This document shows, piece by piece, positions 30,314 to 35,176 of a DNA stretch of 35,176 nt. How positions within the stretch are numbered: the stretch's first letter is position 1; each line of letters opens with the position of its first letter. The stretch is taken from contig JBGQJI010000006.1 in the NCBI GenBank assembly GCA_041498975.1, positions 1 through 35,176 on the forward strand, written 5' to 3'. Both the position numbers and the translations under genes were made by a program. Source of the stretch: Candidatus Methylomirabilis sp. (GTDB lineage: Bacteria; Methylomirabilota; Methylomirabilia; Methylomirabilales; Methylomirabilaceae). Under the pieces are notes generated by a model. The model made no database searches, was not told where the DNA came from, and saw only the letters and a program-made list of their open reading frames with translations.

Positions 30314-30391
30314 ATCTAACGGCAAGCTTCACCGGCAGCAAGCAAGCGCTGCGCCGCTTGCCTGCTGTCCGAGTGGAAGCGAACGTTGGGG
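30314..30391 (-). other. attC site
   Basis: CCCCAAC-GTTCG-CTTCCACT...GGTGAAG-CTTGCC-GTTAGAT. Confidence 0.88.
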
Positions 30392-30467
30392 TGTCATCCT
30401 GGGCACTCGCGTCCGAGACCGACGAAGACCGAATAGCACCAAGAGACCGATCGCTATCGCACTGACG

Positions 30468-30773
30468 TTACCGTGCCCTAATAATCACCGCGCTGATTCG
30501 GTCGATACTGACAAAGGCATCAAAAAAATCCCTCTTTGAAAGTTTCGAGATATGAACCAGATTGTCACCGACCATGGTCACCGTCCCTTCCAGTTCCTCA
30601 CTGGACTCCAGCCGCAACACCACCCGTTTGCCGATAGAATCCGTCAGGAGGGCCTTCATCGTTGCCGCAGGCTTCAGCTCGTACTTGACCTCTTCCGCCG
30701 ACGCGATCGGGGCGGAAATCACCATGAGCCCCACCAGAAGCATGACGGCAGGCACAATTCTTTTCACCTTCAT
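30468..30773 (-). CDS. Secreted hypothetical protein with small beta-barrel (Sm-like) pattern
   Basis: RBS GAGGAGG, signal peptide ASA-E, IGKRVVLRLESSEELEGTV. Confidence 0.8.
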   Translation of the reverse strand: MKVKRIVPAVMLLVGLMVISAPIASAEEVKYELKPAATMKALLTDSIGKRVVLRLESSEELEGTVTMVGDNLVHISKLSKRDFFDAFVSIDRISAVIIRAR

Positions 30774-31085
30774 GACCTTAACCTCCTCGTGATAGGTTGT
30801 TGATATAGGGTCAGGGCTGCTAGTGGCTCATGTGTGGAGAAGTGCTTGGATACGCACATCGCCATCGCACGTGCCTCGTTCCGCCGGCCCCGCGGATACC
30901 GCGCGGCGTGTAGAGGCCGCCTCCCTTGCTCGCCATGCACGACGTCATGCAGTCGGCCCACGCCGGCCCGATCGACGCGAGCGCGAGCCATACCGCAATC
31001 GACGCGCCAAGAAGAAGCGGACCGCGTGTCATGAATGCCCCCGTGCTGCCTGTGCGAAAGCGCCTGGTGTCGATCATGCCACGCC

Positions 31086-31173
31086 GGCTAACGTGAGGCT
31101 CCGCGGCGGGCCAGCATGGTGGTTGATGATAGCACGATGCTTGTGGCCCGTCCGTAACAGCTAGAGGTTAGGC
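31086..31173 (-). other. attC site
   Basis: GCCTAAC-CTCTA-GCTGTTAC...GCGGAGC-CTCAC-GTTAGCC. Confidence 0.75.
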
Positions 31174-31182
31174 TACGACGCT

Positions 31183-31569
31183 TCACCGCTCACCACCATA
31201 CACCGGGTTTGGACCCCAGTAGCGCGCCTTCGCCGCTTTGATGAAGAACGCTAGGGCGGCCAGAAGAGCCATACCGGCGCCGATTGGTAAACCAAAGGCC
31301 GCGAATGCGAGAAACATTTGATGCTGCACGATGGCGGGAAAGAAATGCACCGCACTATAAAACAGGAGAAAGAGAAACGCGACCTGGCCAAGCCAGTCGA
31401 GCGAGTAGAACGCCCAGCGAAGTTGATATGTGGCCCATGACTCGCCCTCCCGCGGCACTGGCCCAAGCCACGAAAAGGCGAATCGAGTAACAGCGCTTCG
31501 CGGAAAGAGGCCGAGCAGCCAGATGGCCGTATAGAGCGCAACGTAGAAGACGACGATCCGCTGCTCCAT
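31183..31569 (-). CDS. Hypothetical membrane protein, gene cassette
   Basis: MEQRIVV..., three hydrophobic segments; bounded by attC sites. Confidence 0.7.
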   Translation of the reverse strand: MEQRIVVFYVALYTAIWLLGLFPRSAVTRFAFSWLGPVPREGESWATYQLRWAFYSLDWLGQVAFLFLLFYSAVHFFPAIVQHQMFLAFAAFGLPIGAGMALLAALAFFIKAAKARYWGPNPVYGGER

Positions 31570-31575
31570 CCCGCC

Positions 31576-31653
31576 ATCTAACGTCGCCATTGAGCGGCCG
31601 AGCGGGCGGGCGAAGCCCGCTCCCGAAGGTCCGTCTCGAATGGCTTATTAGCG
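31576..31653 (-). other. attC site (R'' AAC>AAT)
   Basis: CGCTAAT-AAGCC-ATTCGAG...GCTCAAT-GGCGAC-GTTAGAT. Confidence 0.82.
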
Positions 31654-31678
31654 CACATTTGGGTACGGCGGCCAGTCG

Positions 31679-32716
31679 CTAGAGATCGGCGGCCAATTGT
31701 CGCGTCAGCTCGGCGGCCGGCACCTCCTTGCACCCGCTCGCATTCTGGCCAGACCACAGAGGCGAGAAATTACCGGAGCCTTGGCTTTCGGCTTTGGCGC
31801 GTAAGGGGGCGATGGCAGCAGTGGCTAAGGGAAAAGCGGGCGGAGCGGGGCTGATCGGGCCAAGCTCTTTCATGATGCGGTTCACAATTCCGCGGGCGGG
31901 TCGGCCCGTGAAAAGGTTCGTGAGCGCCGTGTGGCGGGCGGCCTCGCTCTTGAGCGCCGCGCGATGCACAGGGCTCGTGGTGGCCTCGGGGCAGAGGAGA
32001 TAAGCCGTCCCGATCTGTACGCCGGCTGCGCCGAGCGCCATAGCAGCCGCAACGCCTTTCGCATCGCCAATGCCGCCGGCGGCAATGACCGGGAGCTTTA
32101 CCTTTTGCACGATTTGCGGCACCAGTGCTAACGTGCCAACTTGAGTACTCAGGTCTTCCGACAAGAACATCCCGCGATGGCCGCCCGCCTCTAATCCCTG
32201 GGCGATGATCGCATCGACCCCATGTGCTTCGAGCCAACGAGCCTCTTCGAGAGTGGTTGCCGAAGACAGTATCTTCGAGCCCCAGGCTCTCACCCGCGCC
32301 AGCAATTCGGCCGATGGCAAGCCGAAATGAAAGCTCACTACGGCGGGCTTGAATTCGCTGAACACCTCCGCGGCTTCGGAATTGAAGGGCGCACGCCCCG
32401 GCCCGACGGGAACGATGTCTGCATCGATTCCGAACTCTTCGTAATACGGCGACAGCGTAGCTCGCCAAACCGCTTCGCGCTCGGCATTGGGGGTGGGCGG
32501 CACGTGGCAAAAGAAGTTCACGTTGAAAGGCCTGTCGGTTTGCGCCTTGATCGTCGCCAGTTCATGGCGCATGGCCTCAAGACCAAGCATGGCGCAGGGC
32601 AATGACCCGAGCCCGCCCGCGTTCGACACCGCGACGGCCAGTGCGCTGCCTTGCACACCCGCCATGGGTGCTTGAACGATCGGTAGCTCTAGGCCCAGAA
32701 GTTGTTGCAGGGTCAT
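31679..32716 (-). CDS. Nitronate monooxygenase family flavoprotein, gene cassette
   Basis: PIVQAPMAG, AGGLGSL, NVNFF, SFHFG, QGLEAGGHRG, IAAGGI, LWSGQ. Confidence 0.93.
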   Translation of the reverse strand: MTLQQLLGLELPIVQAPMAGVQGSALAVAVSNAGGLGSLPCAMLGLEAMRHELATIKAQTDRPFNVNFFCHVPPTPNAEREAVWRATLSPYYEEFGIDADIVPVGPGRAPFNSEAAEVFSEFKPAVVSFHFGLPSAELLARVRAWGSKILSSATTLEEARWLEAHGVDAIIAQGLEAGGHRGMFLSEDLSTQVGTLALVPQIVQKVKLPVIAAGGIGDAKGVAAAMALGAAGVQIGTAYLLCPEATTSPVHRAALKSEAARHTALTNLFTGRPARGIVNRIMKELGPISPAPPAFPLATAAIAPLRAKAESQGSGNFSPLWSGQNASGCKEVPAAELTRQLAADL

Positions 32717-32801
32717 CACTTGAACTCGGCCTTGTTTCACACTTGCCGCACTTTCTTTCCGATACTTTGCTGAACCAAGAGCCCCTTCGTAGGGCCCCGC
32801 G

Positions 32802-32867
32802 CGCGAACGCACTGCCGGTCAGCGGCGGCCGGCGCAGCCGCCCGGCCGTTGCACCAGCGGGTCAGAA
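32802..32867 (-). other. Degenerate attC site
   Basis: TTCTGAC-CCGCT-GGTGCAAC...GCTGACC-GGCAGTGC-GTTCGCG. Confidence 0.6.
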
Positions 32868-32883
32868 AGCAGCATGTCAACAA

Positions 32884-33309
32884 TCATGACACCGTGGTTC
32901 GCCGCAGACCCCTGAGGACCAGGAGAGAAGAGGCAACTCTTATTATCCCGACGCTCATGAAGCCGAACGTCACGACGCCTTCCTACCAGGGCTGAATGCT
33001 GTGGCCTGCTGCTGTGATCGGGGATAGGGCTGCCGTACCGAAGATCGCCGCCAGTGTGGTCACTGCCCAATTTGCGTACGTGCCATAAAGCGCACCCCAG
33101 TACGCCGCAACCTTCAACCGCGGAGACAGCCTCACCTCCGTCCAGACGGCACCCAACGCAACGAGGAAGGTTCCGTTCATCACACCTTCCAGGTGTGCAG
33201 CGAGCCCCATGCGCGGATTATTGAACTTCTGCTCAACGAAGCCCGTGAGGAGACCGAGCAAGAACAAGAACATTCCGTGCCAGAGCAACCGACGCTTGGA
33301 GTCTTCCAC
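32884..33309 (-). pseudogene. StyC-like membrane protein interrupted by an in-frame TAG
   Basis: WHGMFLFLLGLLTG...AAHLEGVMNG; after TAG (32983-32985) the frame continues with a fourth TM helix EGVVTFGFMSVGII...LLVLRGLRRTTVS*. Confidence 0.7.
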
Positions 33310-33352
33310 ACTTGTCTCCTCTCTCTAATTCACGATGGGGCCTTCTTGGACC

Positions 33353-33510
33353 GGCTAACGGCTGGCGTCTCAGCGGCGAGCGGACGCGCGAGCAAACTCG
33401 CGTGGACGACCGGCCGTTGCAGCCGCGTGCTGGCCGGCGCAAAGCGTCCGCGCCATCGGGAGTTTCAGCGGCGCCCGGCATCGGGTGTCCGCTGCACACT
33501 ATTATTCGGC
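33353..33510 (-). other. Two tandem degenerate attC sites (33353-33435, 33451-33510)
   Basis: GGCCAGC...GTTAGCC and GCCGAAT-AATAG-TGTGCAGC...GCTGAAA-CTCCC-GATGGCG, ~15 bp apart. Confidence 0.6.
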
Positions 33511-33514
33511 ATGC

Positions 33515-33733
33515 TCATGAGGCCCACTTCAGTCTCAGTCTCCTGTGGTTCAAAGCACAGTCCCTTAGGTATAGGTTGATGAGGTTCTGATAGGGCATAC
33601 CCAGTTCCTTAGCCAGAGCCTTGAAGTAGGCCACTGTCGCTTTATCCAGACGAATCGTTATGGGCTGCTTCATGTTCCTGATGTAAGGGTTCTTCTCACC
33701 CTTCATCTTCCCAAAATCGTAATGATTTCTCAT
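33515..33733 (-). CDS. brnA: BrnA-family antitoxin
   Basis: MRNHYDF...NPY...ITIRLD..TVAYFK..A...GMPYQNLINLYL; RBS GGAGG. Confidence 0.88.
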   Translation of the reverse strand: MRNHYDFGKMKGEKNPYIRNMKQPITIRLDKATVAYFKALAKELGMPYQNLINLYLRDCALNHRRLRLKWAS

Positions 33734-33735
33734 GG

Positions 33736-34029
33736 CTACCTCCAGCATTTCCAGTAATCCGATGTTTCCTTCTTGTTCGCTTTCCGAGCAGAGATGATCC
33801 TTATCACGGAATCGCTCATCCGATAGCAATGACACACAACCAGAACCCGAAGTTTGAAGCTGATACCCAGCATCAGAAAGCGGTCCTCGTCGGTCGAATG
33901 ATCCGGGTCAAGGTACCGGATGGCGTTCTCGTCAAGGAAGACGGTTTGAGCCTCTTCGAAGGATACCCCGTGCTTCCGCTTGTTCTCACGGTTCTTTGCC
34001 TCATTCCACTGGAAGCGTATGTCACTCAT
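33736..34029 (-). CDS. brnT: BrnT-family ribonuclease toxin
   Basis: FQWNEAKNRENKRKHGVSFEEAQTVF, DHSTDEDRF, IRIISARKA. Confidence 0.92.
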   Translation of the reverse strand: MSDIRFQWNEAKNRENKRKHGVSFEEAQTVFLDENAIRYLDPDHSTDEDRFLMLGISFKLRVLVVCHCYRMSDSVIRIISARKANKKETSDYWKCWR

Positions 34030-34030
34030 A

Positions 34031-34063
34031 TGTACACTGTACGTATTTTTACGAGAGAGTCAA
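34031..34063 (-). promoter_or_regulatory. brnTA promoter with palindromic operator
   Basis: TTGACT-16 bp-TACAGT; GTACA-G-TGTAC palindrome over the -10; ATG 6 nt downstream (leaderless). Confidence 0.65.
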
Positions 34064-34075
34064 GTGATTTCTTGG

Positions 34076-34140
34076 GCCGAGCGGGGCTGCGGATCAGCGG
34101 CGGGCGGACGCCCGAACTCGCGTGCGTGGACGCCTGCTCG
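34076..34140 (-). other. Half attC site (R'/L' side only)
   Basis: Plus strand GCCGAGC-GGGGCTGCGGATCAGCGGCGGGCGGACG resembles the site at 33353; the partner half is absent. Confidence 0.5.
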
Positions 34141-34189
34141 AAAAACATGTGCGAATTGAAGGTGCCGCCGCTAGACTAACGCGATGGCG

Positions 34190-34238
34190 GTAACCCATGT
34201 CCCCGGACTTTTTTGTTACCTATCTCCCCGACTGCTCA
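34190..34238 (+). mobile_element. Remnant end of an IS481-family-like element
   Basis: Tandem GTAACCCATGTCCCC / GTTACCTATCTCCCC sub-repeats ending GACTGCTCA; no transposase in the window. Confidence 0.5.
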
Positions 34239-34261
34239 ATGACGATCGCGACATGGCGCCC

Positions 34262-34702
34262 TCACTTTAGGCTCCCAGCGCGCAGCGCCCGGTGGGCACC
34301 AATGATCATGAGCGCGCCACCGACTAATGCCGCCAACGCACCGACCGTGTTGCTGGCGAATACAACCCAGTTGAGGGCGGGACCAGAGCGTTGGAGTCCG
34401 CGCACGCCTGCAACGGGCGCTATCAAAAGAGCGAGTACGAATGCGTAGGCGGACATCACGACGGACCACGCCAGAACTGAAGCCGTCCGGTCTCCGAGTG
34501 CCAGACGCGGTAGTGCGGCTCCGGTTGCGATCAACCAGATTCCTACTCCGGCGAGACCGACGTGCGCAAGACGCCAGGCGCGCACAGCCTCACCACCCCA
34601 GGCATCGATCACCGCAGCAGCGAAGGGGAATCCGCACAGCAATCCGACGAACAGCACGATCGCACCATGAAAGAGGATCTGTAAGCCGGCTCGCTGGGTC
34701 AT
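34262..34702 (-). CDS. StyC-like 4-TM membrane protein, gene cassette
   Basis: FHGAIVLFVGLLCG...AWRLAHVGLAGVGIWLIA...LPRL...RGL, similar by recall to styrene oxide isomerase motifs. Confidence 0.65.
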   Translation of the reverse strand: MTQRAGLQILFHGAIVLFVGLLCGFPFAAAVIDAWGGEAVRAWRLAHVGLAGVGIWLIATGAALPRLALGDRTASVLAWSVVMSAYAFVLALLIAPVAGVRGLQRSGPALNWVVFASNTVGALAALVGGALMIIGAHRALRAGSLK

Positions 34703-34735
34703 TCCAAGCTCCTGCGAAGCGTGCCTCCATCACCC

Positions 34736-34838
34736 GCTTAACAACCAAGTTCACCCGCGGCGCTGCCGCACAGCGGACCCTTGAAGCCAGAACAAAAGGT
34801 CGGGCGGCAGCGACGTCGGGTGGAACGCCTGGTTGGGC
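34736..34838 (-). other. attC site
   Basis: GCCCAAC-CAGGC-GTTCCACC...GGTGAAC-TTGGTT-GTTAAGC. Confidence 0.9.
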
Positions 34839-34876
34839 GTCTCTCAGCGGTCCCTTTTGAGGCACGCATTTCGGCC

Positions 34877-35176
34877 CTACTCTCGAGTTTTGCGCGACGG
34901 CGTCACTGCCGCTATCGCGCTCCAGGCTGCGTGCCAATGATTGCGGCGAGTGTAGAAATATGTCGCCATGAGAAAGTCATATGTGACGCAAAAGAAGCCG
35001 TAGGCTAATGGCAGGGGTGTGGTCTGCCGAGGGCCCAATAGAGAGCCGCCAGCATGAGCGTTGAACTCGTGGACCGCGTCCCATAGGCCATGTAGCAGGT
35101 ATCCGGCTATGAGAGCAAATGGAACTCGGATTCCCACTAGGCCAAAAACAGCAAACACTGCCACTGCCGTCGCTTC
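34877..35176 (-). CDS. Membrane protein, gene cassette (5' end beyond window)
   Basis: GYLLHGLWDAVHE...P.AYGFFCVTYD; stop just before attC. Confidence 0.7.
   Translation of the reverse strand, partial: EATAVAVFAVFGLVGIRVPFALIAGYLLHGLWDAVHEFNAHAGGSLLGPRQTTPLPLAYGFFCVTYDFLMATYFYTRRNHWHAAWSAIAAVTPSRKTRE

Overview
A GC-rich bacterial chromosomal window in two parts. The left ~16 kb holds housekeeping genes (3' part of clpP, clpX, bamD, rsmA, thiL, a gdhA-eno-pyk operon), a few accessory exported or metabolic genes and a tRNA-Met(CAT). The right ~19 kb, all on the minus strand, holds a candidate SOS-inducible mutagenic repair system: lexA, a Walker-A-degenerate RecA/RadA-like protein, a small arCOG07300-like protein, a PolB2-type family B DNA polymerase and two tandem DUF72 proteins. 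This system is interleaved with a decaying integron, seen as 14 attC-like sites (many mutated, one a half-site), an intI pseudogene oriented with its cassettes, a Pc/attI candidate and a BrnTA toxin-antitoxin cassette. Each of the three separated pieces of the repair operon starts immediately after an attC site. Each has its own sigma70-like promoter with the same TATTAGTCA motif 4 bp upstream of the -10 box; at lexA this forms a full TGACT-N4-AGTCA palindrome, a candidate new LexA box. A ~190-bp promoter duplication plus a 51-bp gene-junction duplication point to operon duplication followed by reciprocal gene loss. A 148-bp inverted REP/MITE-like pair brackets a DUF4412 gene inserted between polB2 and the DUF72 genes. 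All family calls come from motif recognition by eye, with no database searches.
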